A stretch of 64,000 nt of DNA from Mustelus asterias (GCF_964213995.1 NC_135813.1:4092001-4156000), one strand, 5' to 3'. Counted from the stretch's first letter, positions 49,941 through 62,630 are shown. Numbers and translations: made by a program. Notes: generated by a model from the letters alone, not told the origin.

Positions 49941-50231
49941 GCCAAACCCCCTGATCCAATTAAACACCTCAACATCTCAAAGATAAAGGCAAAATACTGT
50001 GGATGCTGAAATCTGAAACAAAATCAAAACGTCGGAAAATCTCAACAGGTCTGATAGCATCTGTGGAGAGAGAATAGAGCCAACATTGCAAGTCTGGATG
50101 ACCCTTCAAAATCACGGTTTGACAGAATAAAGTATCCATTAAATTCTATAATGTGCTATTTTGGTAAATTTATAGATTTTATTAGAAAAAACATTGAGTA
50201 TAATACATTAGCTTACTTTTTTTGTACTCAC

Positions 50232-50283
50232 CATACACAGCCTCTGCATCATATGGCTCCTGCTCAAACTCTGACAGCAAAGC
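50232..50283 (-). CDS. CIZ1: CIZ1 small exon
   Basis: catttag|ALLSEFEQEPYDAEAVY(G)|gtgagt; 52 bp; supplies the phase 0->1 link between the flanking exons. Confidence 0.88.
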
Positions 50284-50918
50284 CTAAATGTACAAAGCAC
50301 ACGTTTACTTTTTTCCTCCCCATTTGGAAATGCACATTTTACTCAAGAGGCTGTAAAATTCCATGCCGCTTCAGGGAAGCCAAGCAATTAAAGAGATCCA
50401 GTGAAAATGGCCATTCTTTCTATCAAGCTCTTTCTTTCCAGGGTGCATTTAAGGATGTTCCATCATGGATATTTCCCTCTTCCACTCCATACAATCTGCT
50501 GATCCCCTAATTTAACGGCCATCAAACCACTTCTCTTACCTCCCCATGAAAAGTGGACCCTCTATTATCTGCCTTCTCCTGGCAATCCATTACCTTCTTA
50601 TGAGGCATCCAACGGCCTTCAATAAAGCACCTTCTCCAAAGTGCCTGTTCTACCTGTCCACCATCCTCTGGATGTTTTTCCTCATTTCTAAACTTGCGCG
50701 AGGGTTGATCATTTTCATCACGATCCCATGACCAAAATTGAACCAATTTACCAACTTTGAATTTATACCTTTCGTTATTTTAAAGGCCTGAATAATGTTT
50801 CTGTTTGCTCCTACCCCAGAATAAGTTTTACATTGGAATATTACACAGTTCCCATCTCTGGGTTTACTAACCCATATCGGCTTTCAGTTTAGCAATGGTT
50901 TTAAAATTCTCATTCTTG

Positions 50919-51611
50919 GAGCCGGCCGGCCGAGTCGATACCCGATGGCCACAGGATCCTGGGTGCTCCTGCAACCCCTCCCCTCGACTGGTGGACTCAC
51001 CCTGCCCCTTTAGCTGAATACGCCCGCCCGCCCTGCCGAGACGTGGGGGCCAACATGAGAACTTTTTTCTTTTCCCTCTCACTTTCTTCTCCCTCCTTCA
51101 CTGTCTCCTTCTTTCTTTTCTCTGCCCGCCCGTTAGTTTATAGCCTGGGTTGCTTGGGCACTCCGTTGGTTCTCCAGTGGCGTTCCTCTGCCTTTTTGTT
51201 TTTATATTATCCCTGTCATTCCCGGTGCAATTAGACGGGACTTGGGCGGGGTGGGTGCCGGGGGATACAAGAAACAAAGAACAGTACAGCACAGGAAACA
51301 GGCCCTTCGGCCCTCCAAGCCTGTGCCACTCCTTGGTCCAACTAGACCAATCGTTTGTATCCCTCCATTCCCAGGCTGCTCATGTGACTATCCAGGTAAG
51401 TCTTAAACGATGTCAGCGTGCCTGCCTCCACCACCCTACTTGGCAGCGCATTCCAGGCCCCCACCACCCTCTGTGTAAAAAACATCCCTCTGTTCCCTGG
51501 CCACGAGGAATCCTGAGCCCAGTCGCGTTGGAATATACACGGAGCACTGTATGGATCTGTATCTGTGTTTGTTCGCTATGTAAAATATGAAAATTTTCAA
51601 TAAACATATAA
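50919..51611 (+). mobile_element. L1-type retro-insertion (3'UTR-like) with 16-bp TSD and a nested inverted CR1 3' fragment (~51268-51490)
   Basis: Ends aataaacatataaaaaa; flanks AAAATTCTCATTCTTG (50903-50918) / AAAATTCCCATTCTTG (51612-51627); TT|AAAA site. Confidence 0.7.
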
Positions 51612-52221
51612 AAAATTCCCATTCTTGTTTTCAAATCGTTCCAATGACCCCACCCACTCCTATCTCTGTAACCTCCTCCAACACTACAACCCTTCAAAGT
51701 CTGTGTTCTTCCCATTCTGGCCTCTTGCACACACACCCCCAATTTCCCTTCCTCCACCATTAGCAGCTATGCCTTCAGCTGCCTAGGCCAATGATCTGGA
51801 ATACTCGCCATAAACTTCTCCACCTCACTTTGTCTAAGACAGGCCTTAAAAGCTACTTCTTGATCAAGGATTTTGGTGACCTATCCAAATATATACTTAA
51901 TGTGAAGTTATGTTTGACGATATCCTTGAAGCATCTAGTCATATTTACCAAGTTAAAAGCATGATATAAATGCATATTGTTGTTGTAGAAGAGGTGCTAA
52001 ATTTTGAAAAATAATAGGTATCAATGGAATTGCACACTTTTGCAACATAATAAAACAACACTAAAACCAACTACACCAAGAGAGTACACACTGCAAAATC
52101 CCACAAGTAATTACACAGTAGGTAATAATAAATGTCGCCTCTAATAAAATCATACAGTAAATAAGATTTAGATGTGTGAATGCAGGGAAATACAAACCAA
52201 TCTAACAGTATATTGACAAAC

Positions 52222-52392
52222 CTGCTGAGAATCCTTATCACTTAAACAATCAGAAATGCTGTCATCATCCTCCTCAGTCATCCCTTCTTCATCATCTTCA
52301 TCAAAGCAACCAACTGCATCAACGGTGATCAGGTCCTCTGGATCGTCTTGTCCAGCCTGGTCTTTATCCTGGGAACTTCGCTGCAGCTTCAC
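52222..52392 (-). CDS. CIZ1: CIZ1 exon, acidic region
   Basis: tttcag|VKLQRSSQDKDQAGQDDPEDLITVDAVGCFDEDDEEG...DSQQ|gtttgt; ITVDAVGCF motif; 171 bp. Confidence 0.96.
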
Positions 52393-52768
52393 CTGAAACC
52401 AGAATAAAATTCACTGATGTGCAATTACTATACAAGTTAGCGTTGCTAACACGTTGATATGGCAAAAATATTTGGATTGTGTGTCAAAGATTATCCACAA
52501 AGAATATAAACATTTGTCTCCACCTACAGCCAACACTTTCCGCCCCATTATAAATTTCTCAGTCTATATTTGTGATAGAAATTGCCACAGTAAATTACTT
52601 GTCACACTGATATTACAGCTTCCCACAAGTGCAGCAGTATTATATCAGTTTATTGTTTGAATTGTATACCTTCAACACAAGAGGCAAGCTGAATAACGCA
52701 GCAAGATCACATTTATTACCCATCTCTAGTTGCTGAGAAAGTGATACTATGAATTCTTCTTGAACCAT

Positions 52769-53295
52769 GGGCGGCATGGTGGCACAGTGGCGAGCACTGT
52801 TGCCTCACAGTGCCAAGGATCCAGGTTTGATTCCCAGCTTGGGTCACTATCTGTGTGGAGTCTGCACCTTCTCCCCGTGTCTGCATGGGTTTCCTCAGGG
52901 TTCACCGGTTTGCTCCCACATTCTGAAAGATGTGCTGGTTAGGGTGCATTGACCCGAACAGGCGCCAGACTGTGGCGACTAGGGGAATTTCACAGTAACT
53001 TCATTGCAGTGTTAATGTAAGCCTTACTTGTGACTAATAGAATTCTAGAATCCCTACAGTGCAGAAGGAGGCCATTCGGCCTATCGAGTCTGTAGTGACA
53101 ACAGTCCCACCCAGGCCTTATCCCTGTAACCCCACATATTTATCCCGCTAATGCCTCTAACCTACGCATCCCAGGACACTAAGGGGCAATTTAGCATGGC
53201 CAATCAACCTAACCCGCACATCTTTGGACTGTGGGAAGAAACCAGAGCACCCGAAGGAAACCCACGCAGACAGGGGGAGAATAAATAAACTTTAA
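52769..53295 (+). mobile_element. Alternative-tail V-SINE with an antisense HE1 fragment (53040-53282) inserted in its tail
   Basis: ...gtgactaata[gaattctagaatccc...ggggagaat]aaataaacttt. Confidence 0.85.
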
Positions 53296-53782
53296 CTGCT
53301 GCAACCTTTATGGTGATTGCTGCCCATGGTGGTGCCAGGTTGGGAACGCCAGGTTTCTGACCCAGTGGCAATGATGGAATGGTGACCTCCCAACATTGCT
53401 GTTATTCTTCTTGGTGGTCAGCGGAAGGATGTGCTCTCAAAGTAATCTTGGGTGGCAAGTTGCTGCAGAGCACCATGTAGAACATACATCCTGCAGCTAC
53501 AGTGCACGGACGGTGAAGGATGGATGTTGAAGCTAATCCAATGTACTGCCTGTTTAGAGACTGTGTAGTGAATTACACATCCCTGATTCATAGAAAATCT
53601 GATGCTATTCAGCCAATCTAACTGGACTGGGTCATTAGGTATGAACGATTGAGTGACACTGATGGCCGCCCTAGCTCATATCATGGACCCATTTAACAGG
53701 AGAGAGCACGGTTGCAAGGAGTCAACAAGATTCAGGAACAAAGGATAAAAAAAACTCTAAACCCAACAAATCTGAAAAGGTG

Positions 53783-53915
53783 AAAGCAAATTACTGCGGA
53801 CGCTGGAATCTGAAAACAAAAAAGAAAATGCTGGAAAATCTCAGCAGGTCTGGCAGCATCTGTAAGGAGAGAAAAGAGCTGACGTTTCGACTCCCGATGA
53901 CCCTTTGTCAAAGCT
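53783..53915 (-). mobile_element. Penelope-like short element (family 2) with hammerhead motif 53877-53915
   Basis: Minus: AGCT-TTGACAA-AGGGTC-atcgg-GAGTC-GAAA-CG-TC-AGCT; direct repeat CTGAAAAGGTG at 53772-53782 and 53914-53924. Confidence 0.72.
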
Positions 53916-54588
53916 GAAAAGGTGTTCGTGTGCGTCAGAAGAGCAACAGATACAAAACAAAGTTATCAGTTAAATCAGCATAGGTTCATGGAAACAAGAC
54001 CACAAAAAACTATGGTAAATTTGACTGCCCAAAAATTCCAAGAGTGGAATACAGTAGGGAAGATAAGTAACCTTATCTTCCTCTCCCTACAGATGCTGCC
54101 TGACTTGCTGTGCATTTCGGTATTTTCCCATTTAATTTCAGATTACCATAGATTTAGGCACAAGGATGAGAATTTTTAAATGTGAGAAGTTGGGAGATCA
54201 GGAGCCAATGTAGGTCAGTGATCACTGGACTTGATGTATGATGGAGGTAGCTCAGGGTCCCATTGAATACTCAAGTCCAGAGGTGACAAAGACTCAGATG
54301 AGGGTTTTGACAGCAGACAGTGAGGTGAAGTGGATGGACAAGATTAGGGAGGCAGCGTTTGTGACCGAGAGGATATGGGATTGTAAACTTAAAATAGGTT
54401 AAATAGGCTACCACAGTTCTGAACAGTCAGGTTAACATAGAACATAGAACAGTACAGCACAGAACAGGCCCTTCGGCCCACGATGTTGTGCCGACCTTCA
54501 TCTGAAACCAAGATCAAGCTATCCCACTCCCTACCATGAGACAGTGACTAAGGAATATAGTATCTGGTTCCATAAGTATAATATTTAT

Positions 54589-54860
54589 GGGCGGCATGGT
54601 GGCACAGTGGTTAGTACTGCTGCCTCACAGCGCCAGGGGTCAGGTTCGATTCCCGGCTTGGGTCACTGTCTGTGTGAAGTTGTACATGTCTGCGTGAGTT
54701 TCCTCCGGGTGCTCCGGTTTCCTCCCACAGTCCGAAAGAAGTGCTGGTTAGGTGCATTGACCTGAACAGGTGCCGGAGTGTGGCGACTAGGGAAATTTCA
54801 CAGTAACTTCATTGCAGTGTTAATGCAAGCCTTACTTGTGACTAATAAATAAACTTTAAA
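54589..54860 (+). mobile_element. Alternative-tail V-SINE, full length
   Basis: gggcggcatggtggcacagtgg head ... gtgactaataaataaacttt. Confidence 0.88.
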
Positions 54861-55630
54861 AGCTTTACTTATGGAACCGGATCCCACATTTTTGGATGAT
54901 GTTGTCAAGAAGCAGCATGTACATGTGCGAGGGGAGGAGACACGGGACAAATTCAAGAAACTCTCATAATATTGAATCCCTTTTTTTCTTTGTACATGAT
55001 AAAGAACATTGTCACTTGAGGACTTGCAGCGACAATGATTAAATAATACCCAGTCTCAGGACCCATGGGTTAAGGCAGGCTTAGAGGATATATAATTTCG
55101 GTATTAAAAATGATAAGAGCTGTATTTAGTCAAGTGAAATAGATGGATAAAGGTAATGGGATATAGGCAATGTGTAAAATATTGGTAGACAAAGCATAAT
55201 ATTAGATGGCAGGAAGTATTTCTCTTCACAGTCAGTAACTGCACAAACCTTGCAGAACCCAGTTTGAAATGGCTCTGTAATGTTCCAAATAAAAATACCT
55301 TGTTCCCTGTAAATTAAAGCATTTGTAACTTAGATAATATATGGACAAAGGGCAGCTTCCAGTTCCAGTTCAATAAGGCCTGAATGACTTGTTAATAGAC
55401 TGTTCCGTTTGTATTTTTCAGGACACACATTTCAGTCTCCATTTTAATCATCATATCAAAAAACAGTCAATGACTTTTAACAGAGCCCTTATGGCTACTG
55501 AACAAACTAAATTAGAGTCATAATTGCTCTGATTAGATCCAAAGAACAAGGAGTGCGCAAATTTGAGTAATAATACACTTGCAGGTTTTCCAGTAAGGTG
55601 AATATAGATGGTCCAGGGCTCAGGCGGCAT

Positions 55631-57097
55631 GCCTGATTCTGGGGTAGTGCCGGCGGATTGGAAAACGGCTAATGTTACGCCGCTGTTTAAAAAAGGAAAT
55701 AGACAAAAGGCGGGTAACTACAGGCTGGTTAGCTTAACGTCTGTAGTTGGGAAAATGCTGGAATCCATCATTAAAGAAGAAATAGCAGGCCATCTGGATA
55801 AGAATGGTTCGATTAAGCAGACGCAGCATGGATTCATGAGGGGAAAGTCGTGCTTGACGAACTTGTTGGATTTTTATGAAGATATGACTAGTGCGGTTGA
55901 CGGAGGGGAACCGGTGGATGCGGTGTTTTTGGATTTCCAAAAGGCGTTTGATAAGGTGCCTCACAAAAGGTTGCTGAAAAAGATTGGGTCACACGGAGTT
56001 GGGGGTAGGGTGTTAGCGTGGATTGGGGATTGGCTATCTGACAGGAAGCAGAGAGTCGGAATAAATGGGTGCTTTTCTGGTTGGCAGATGGTAACTAGTG
56101 GCGTGCCGCAGGGATCGGTACTGGGGCCTCAACTATTTACCATTTATATAGACGATCTGGAGGAGGGGACTGAGTGTAGGGTAACAAAGTTTGCAGACAA
56201 CACAAAGATAAGTGGAAAAGTGAATCGTGTGGAGGGCGTAGAAGGTCTGCAGAGAGATTTGGACAGGCTGAGTGGGTGGGCGAGGATCTGGCAGATGGAG
56301 TATAACGTTGACAAATGCAAGGTTATTCACTTTGGAGGAAATAATAGCAAATTGGATTATCTAAATGGAAAAAAATTACAACATGCTACTGTGCAAAGGG
56401 ACCTGGGGGTCCTTGTGCATGAGACGCAAAAACCCAGTCTGCAGGTTGTTGGGATGTTGGCCTATATCGCAAGGGGGATAGAGTATAAAAGCAGAGATGT
56501 CTTGCTGCACCTGTACAGGGCATTGGTGAGGCCGCAGCTGGAATACTGTGTGCAGTATTGGTCCCCTTATTTGCGGAAGGATATCTTGGCCTTGGAGGGA
56601 GTGCAGAGAAGGTTCACCAGGTTGATACCAGAGATGAGGGGTGTTGATTATGAGGAGAGACTGAGCAGATTGGGTTTGTACTTGTTGGAATTTAGAAGGC
56701 TGAGGGGGGATCTTATGGAGAGCTAAAAGATAATGAAGGGGCTGGATAGGGTAGAGGTGGAGAGATTCTTTCCACTTAGAAAGGAAGCTAGAACTAGAGG
56801 GCACAGCCTCAAAATAAAGGGGGGTCAGTTTAGGACAGAGTTGAGGAGAAACTTCTTCTCTCAGAGGGTGGTGAATCTCTGGAATTCTCTGCCCACTGAA
56901 GTGGTGGAGGCTACCTCGTTGAATATGTTTAAATCATGGATAGATGGATTCCTGATCGGTAAGGGAATTAGGGGTTATAGGGATCAGGCGGGTAAGTGGA
57001 ACTGATCCACTTCAGATCAGCCATGATTTTATTGAATGGCGGGGCAGGCTCGAGGGGCTAAATGGCCTACTCCTGCTCCTATTTCTTATGTTCTTAT
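55631..57097 (+). mobile_element. Young 5'-truncated CR1 LINE with long RT ORF
   Basis: 372-aa ORF with NYRLVSLTS, QHGF, DFQKAFDKVPH, GVPQGSVLGPQLF and catalytic FADD mutated to FADN; (TTCTTATG)n tail; possible TSD atgcctg. Confidence 0.96.
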
Positions 57098-58264
57098 GCC
57101 TGCCTCCAAAACAGGTAGCAGGCAGGGTCAATCCCTCACCACTCACATTGGCAATAATTTGGTTATTAAGTCATCAAGCAGGTCATCACTATTAGACGTT
57201 GGTTCATTTCAGAGGGATACAATGTGGATAGTTAAGCCTGCTCACTCCAAACACATCTCAAGTGATCTAGTTACAACCAGTTCTTACAATGGAAGAAAGG
57301 ATGGATACAGGAAACATTAGTTTGAATGAAGGTTTTCAAATCATTCTGTTCCTTTTAGAATCCAACCCTACCATCTTCCCATTACTCAAGTATCAGTTAA
57401 AAGAGCTTCAGTTAACGTACGCCTTCAGTACCACACTGGAATGTCAGCCAATAGTGTGAAGTTCAAACCCACAACCTTCTGAAACTAAGACAAAATTCAG
57501 ACTAGAGTGCCAAGTTGGGGCCCTGGAGAACATTCCCAACGAGAGAGAAAATAATCAGATAACGACATTTGTTATATTTGAATGAATACTTCAATTGAGT
57601 GTCAACACTGTTTTTTACTGAGTTAAAAGATCACAGATTCCAAACATTAAAGGCAATGCACTCACTGTCCAACTCATCTGTGCTCAGATACATCATGTGT
57701 AGCAGTCGCGTCATCATAAAATAGAACAGTCCTGGAGTTCCATTGGCTTCTGATCAAGCAACACCTTGATTTTGAAATTCTCATCCTTGTGTTCAAAAAC
57801 CTCCATGGCTTCACCCCTTGCAATCCCTGTAACCTCCTCCAGGCCCACAACCTTTCAAGATCTTTGTGCATCGCCACTCTGGCCTCATTCGTTTCCCCAT
57901 TTCCTTTACTTCAGCTTTGATGCCTGTGCTCTGGCCACCCAGGGCCTAAGATCTAGAAATCCATCTCTAAACTTCTCAGTCCTTCTCTACTCCTGTAACA
58001 TACTTTTGGTTTATCCTCTTATCGCCTCATGTAGGTCATTGTCAAATTTAATTTGATAATGCTCCTATGAGGCACTTTGGATGTTTAAATCCATTAAAAG
58101 CACATAATTGGAAGATGTTATTGAGGACTGTAACCTGCCTATTCTCTCCTCAAGCACGAGGATAGCCATTCAGAAATAAGGTGTAAACATTTTTTTTTCA
58201 TTCTTAATTTCCCCTGTATTCCAACATGGAAACAAGTGAAAAGCCTAGAAAAAGCTTAGTGTAC

Positions 58265-58378
58265 CTCTTCCACTTTCTGCTTGTGCTCTGGCGACTTCAT
58301 GTGTTCCACAAACTTGCGGGGGGTTTTGAAGTGTCGGCTGCAGACAGTGCAGAAAGGCCGCAGCGAGTACTTAGCAAG
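58265..58378 (-). CDS. CIZ1: CIZ1 exon, C2H2 zinc finger
   Basis: caccag|LAKYSLRPFCTVCSRHFKTPRKFVEHMKSPEHKQKVEE|gtacac; 114 bp. Confidence 0.97.
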
Positions 58379-59971
58379 CTGGTGAGAAACAGAGAACATA
58401 AATGACACAGCTACAGCAAGAGGTGGGATTGGACCAGCAATCTCCCTCAAAAAAAAAGGACCAGCTGAATCTTGTCCCTAGTACACAGTGTGGGGGCTTT
58501 GAAACAGCTGTATCTTTCCCAGGGATTGTATGATTCATGGCTTCTTAGGCCAAGACTGCACTCACTTCGTCTACTGGGAAGAACAAAGATGAATGGATAC
58601 CTCAATGTTTCTAGGAGCCCAGAGAACTCAAATCTCCCCATGAAAAGTTGCAAAATCTTTCTATGTTGACCCACAATAGCAGCTGATTCTTTTGCATCAG
58701 TTGTGTTTTGTGATTTAAGAACCCAGTGACACAACTTTGACAGGGTTCATTGAAATAAAGGAACTCAAACCACACCTGGTGATGCCTACATGACTCCAGT
58801 GCTACATTACATGGTTCACTTGCCCATATTACATGTTCATTTCTTACTAAAGTTGCTTAGCAAGCTGCTCAGTTGTGAAAGCCTTTTGTTTCAAAGGCAA
58901 TGAATCTGTACTACCCTGAGATCAATAACTGAGATAGCTGGCTGGGGTAGGAGTGCCAGCCACAAATAGAACAGCAGTATTAACTATGTTTTAACAGCCC
59001 TAATAATAAACTTTCTATCAAATCCTTTCCTTGTTTTTCGAAAATCATCATTGTAGAGATCTCTATATAGAATGATACAGAAAATGGCCATTCAACCTAT
59101 CGTTCATGTGCTGGCTCTCTGTAAGAACTATCCAATTAGTTCTACACATCAGGCTTTTCCCATAGTACTGCAATTTTTTCTTGAATCAACTTCCACGGGT
59201 CTTTTAGGCAGTGCTATAAATCTCCTGAAAAGATCCAGATGGTTCCTTTAGAAGGGGCTGTGTTCATCTCATACTCCAAAGGCGCATATGTAATTGAAAA
59301 AGACAAACACTGATTCACACAATCCTTAAAGACAATTTGCTCCCTGGAAGTCTGCATAGACACATCACAGTGAGTCTGTGGGGACAACAACCACACTATT
59401 TACACATTGTTCTTAAAGTAACTCCCTGGAGTTGGGAACCAAGGAAGGGGGAAACTGGAAAGATGGCCAACACTTATGTTGAAGAGATAGATTTTAAAGT
59501 AAAATACTGCAGATGCTGGAAATCTGATATAAAAACAAAGTACTGTTAATGCTCAACAGGTCTGACAGCATCTGTGAAGAGGCAGAGTTTCTGTTCCACC
59601 TCCCATCCTCCAAAAACTTAAAACTGATGCAAAACTCTGCTGCCCATATCCGAACTTGTACCAGGTCCCATTGGCCCATCATTACTGTGCTTGTCAATCT
59701 ACACGGGCTCCCATTTGAACAATTGCCTCAATTTTAAAATTCCCATCTTTGTTTTCAAATCCCCCCATGGCCTCACTCCTCCCTTTCTGTGTAATCTCTT
59801 CCAGCCCTCAAACTCGGAGATCTCCAAGCTCCTCCAGTTCTGGCCTCTTGCACATGCCCAATTTTTATCACTCCAATATCGACAGCCGTGCCTTCAAATG
59901 CAGGAGGAACTAAGCTCTGGAATTCCTTCCCTAAACTTCTTCACCCCTCTACTCATCTTTCCTCTTTTAAG

Positions 59972-60306
59972 ATCATAGAATCATACAGCTCAGAAGAGGC
60001 CCTTTGTGTCTGCACCGACACATTAGAAACACCTAAACTCCCACCTAATCCCATCTGCCAGCACTTGGCCCACAGCCCTGAATGTTATGATGTGCCAAGT
60101 GCTCACCCAGATACTTTTTGAAGGACGTGAGGCAACCCGCCTCCACCACCCTCCCAGGCAGTGCATTCCAGACCAGCAACACCCTCTGGGTAAAATAGTT
60201 TTTCCTCACAACCCCCCTAAACCTCCTGCCCCTCACCTTGAACCTATGTCCCCTCGTGACTGACTCTTCAACTAAGGAGAACAGCTGCTCCTTATCCACT
60301 TTGTCC
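59972..60306 (-). mobile_element. CR1 3' fragment nested in an L2 fragment (59590-60470)
   Basis: ORF TRGHRFKVRGRRFRGVVRKNYFTQRV..VWNALP; atcatagaatcata tail. Confidence 0.85.
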
Positions 60307-61931
60307 GTGTGTCCCAGTGCTTCTTAAAATCTACCTCTTTCACAAAGCTTTGGGATCATCTGTCTTATGTGGTTTGGGTATCAAAACTTGTTTGGTGACA
60401 CGCCTGTGAAGCACCTCAGGATGTTTTACCACATTAAGGTGCTATATAAATGCAAGTTGTTGCTATTGTTCTTTAAAATGTTTATATACTTCATTAAGTA
60501 TTCTGCAGGAACAGCAGACAGACATGTTCCCCAAATTGAGGGATAGATTTAAACAACAAATTGAATGAATACTTTACAGCTGTCTTCAAAAAAGGGGCGA
60601 TGCAGACATTGTAATTGTGAAGCAGTAAGAAATATGGATGTGATAAACATGGGGAGAGAGGAATATTAAGTGTTAAAGGAAGTGTTCAAAATCATGAAGG
60701 CTAGACACTGAGTGGATAGGGAGAAACTATTCCAGCTTGTAAAAAAGATCAGGAATGCGAGTGCACCAATTTAAAGTGATTTGCAAAAGAAACAAACGCA
60801 ATGTGAGGAAAAAAAAACTTTTACACACAAGTAGTTTGGGTCTTCAATGCACTGCCTGGAAGTATGGTAGAGGCCGTTCAATTGAGGCATTCAAGAAGAC
60901 ATTAGATGATTATTTGAATAGAAATAATGTGCAGACTTATGGGGAAAAAGGCAGGAGAACATAGGCATAATGCTTATCTAGAGAGCCGGTGCAGACATGA
61001 TGGGTCAAGTAGCTTTCTTCTGCAGTGTAACAATTCTGTAACAGGCAGTCTTAAGAGTGCACTTCGTGACCCTGTGCTTATGCTGCCACTTGAACATAGC
61101 TTTCAACTCATTTCAACTATTAGAGATTTCCAATAATGTACACATCAAAGCAGCTGAACAGGATCTGTAGGCAGCTATAAACCACATAAGCTGCAGGTAT
61201 GAACTCCATCATTGTCCACTGCATGATTATGTAACAATGAGCAACATCTGAGTTCCCACTGATATCATATACCTAGAACTTACACATATTTATAACAATG
61301 CCATCTGTTATCAAATTCTCACTTAATAGACACTTTATTTTCCATGTTGGCACAACCAGATGAGGAATTCTTGGGCCCATCTGCCCCCAGCATAACCACT
61401 CCATAAAAACACAAATGTGCAACAAAATGCAGAAAGAAATTAGCCCAAACAGGAAAACAGAGCATAACGCATCAGAACATACTACATTTCCTATTGTTCA
61501 CAGAACGTGTTGGTGTGAACATTATATTTGTACTATGCAAAACAGGCAGTGTAATTAGACTAATCAACAGGAATGTTGCAGATTATCATTGAAAAACTAA
61601 AAATTTATGTAATACAACTAAGTTTGGTTAAATTCCAGTAAGTGCTTAGGGACAATAGAGGGCCTTAAGTATACTATATAATTAATCACTACCGATGTCT
61701 TCGTTATCTTTTGTTTGTTCATGTATTCAGTGCAGCGTAACGAGACATGAACTAGAGTTAGCACTGTTTCCTTCTGAAATAAATGGAGCACTTAAAGATG
61801 CTTTTTTATATATTATTCTTTGATGTGATGCGGGCTTTGTGGCAAGGCCAGCACTTGTTGCCCATCTCCAAACGCCCTTGAACTGAGTGGCTTACAAGAT
61901 CATTTCAGAGGTCAATCAAATTGCTATGGAT

Positions 61932-62150
61932 AAAAGCAAATTACTGCGGACGCTGGAATCTGAAACCAAGAGAAAATGCTGGAAAATCTCAGCAGGTCTG
62001 GCAGCATCTGTAAGGAGAGAAAAGAGCTGACGTTTCGAGTCCCGATGACCCTTTGTCAAAACTTTGACAGACGGTCATCTGGACTCGAAACGCAGCTCTT
62101 TTCTCTCCTTACAGATGCTGCCAGACCTGCTGAGATTTTCCAGCATTTTC
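61932..62150. mobile_element. Penelope-like fold-back element (family 2) with perfect 16-bp TSD, inserted in a MER131-like SINE (61820-62447, minus)
   Basis: ~90-bp inverted arms centred at 62060-62063; TCAAATTGCTATGGAT at 61916-61931 and 62151-62166; hammerhead motif on minus strand 62025-62063. Confidence 0.8.
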
Positions 62151-62488
62151 TCAAATTGCTATGGATCTGGAGTCACATGAAGGTCAGACTAAAGTTATGA
62201 TAGCTGATTTCCTTCTCTAAAGAGCACAGTAAAGGGCATGAGTGAATTAGATAGATAGGTTTTTTACAACAATTGATGAGTTTCATGGTCATCGTTGCTG
62301 AGATTAGCTTTCAAGTCCAAGTTCTAATCAATTGAATTTAAATTCCACCAGCTGTTGTGGTGGGATTTGAACCCATGTCCTCAGACATTAGCTGGGTTTC
62401 TGGATTACTAATACTGCAGTGACATGATCACGATGCCACCATCTCCCCTATAACCGGCAACGCACATCATTCAGGATTATGATTCTTT

Positions 62489-62630
62489 NNNNNNNNNNNN
62501 NNNNNNNNNNNNNNNNNNNNNNNNNNNNNNNNNNNNNNNNNNNNNNNNNNNNNNNNNNNNNNNNNNNNNNNNNNNNNNNNNNNNNNNNNNNNNNNNNNNN
62601 NNNNNNNNNNNNNNNNNNNNNNNNNNNNNN
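62489..62630. other. Assembly gap (142 N)
   Basis: Run of n. Confidence 1.

Noticed and set aside
55608-56726. 372-aa RT ORF as an active or domesticated gene
   Set aside because: It is 5'-truncated with no endonuclease, has catalytic FADD mutated to FADN and a premature stop; the first codons come from flanking DNA
61495-61752. Two short 8-bp inverted repeats (tgttcaca/tgtgaaca; gttcatgt/acatgaac)
   Set aside because: They are too short to exceed chance expectation in 64 kb
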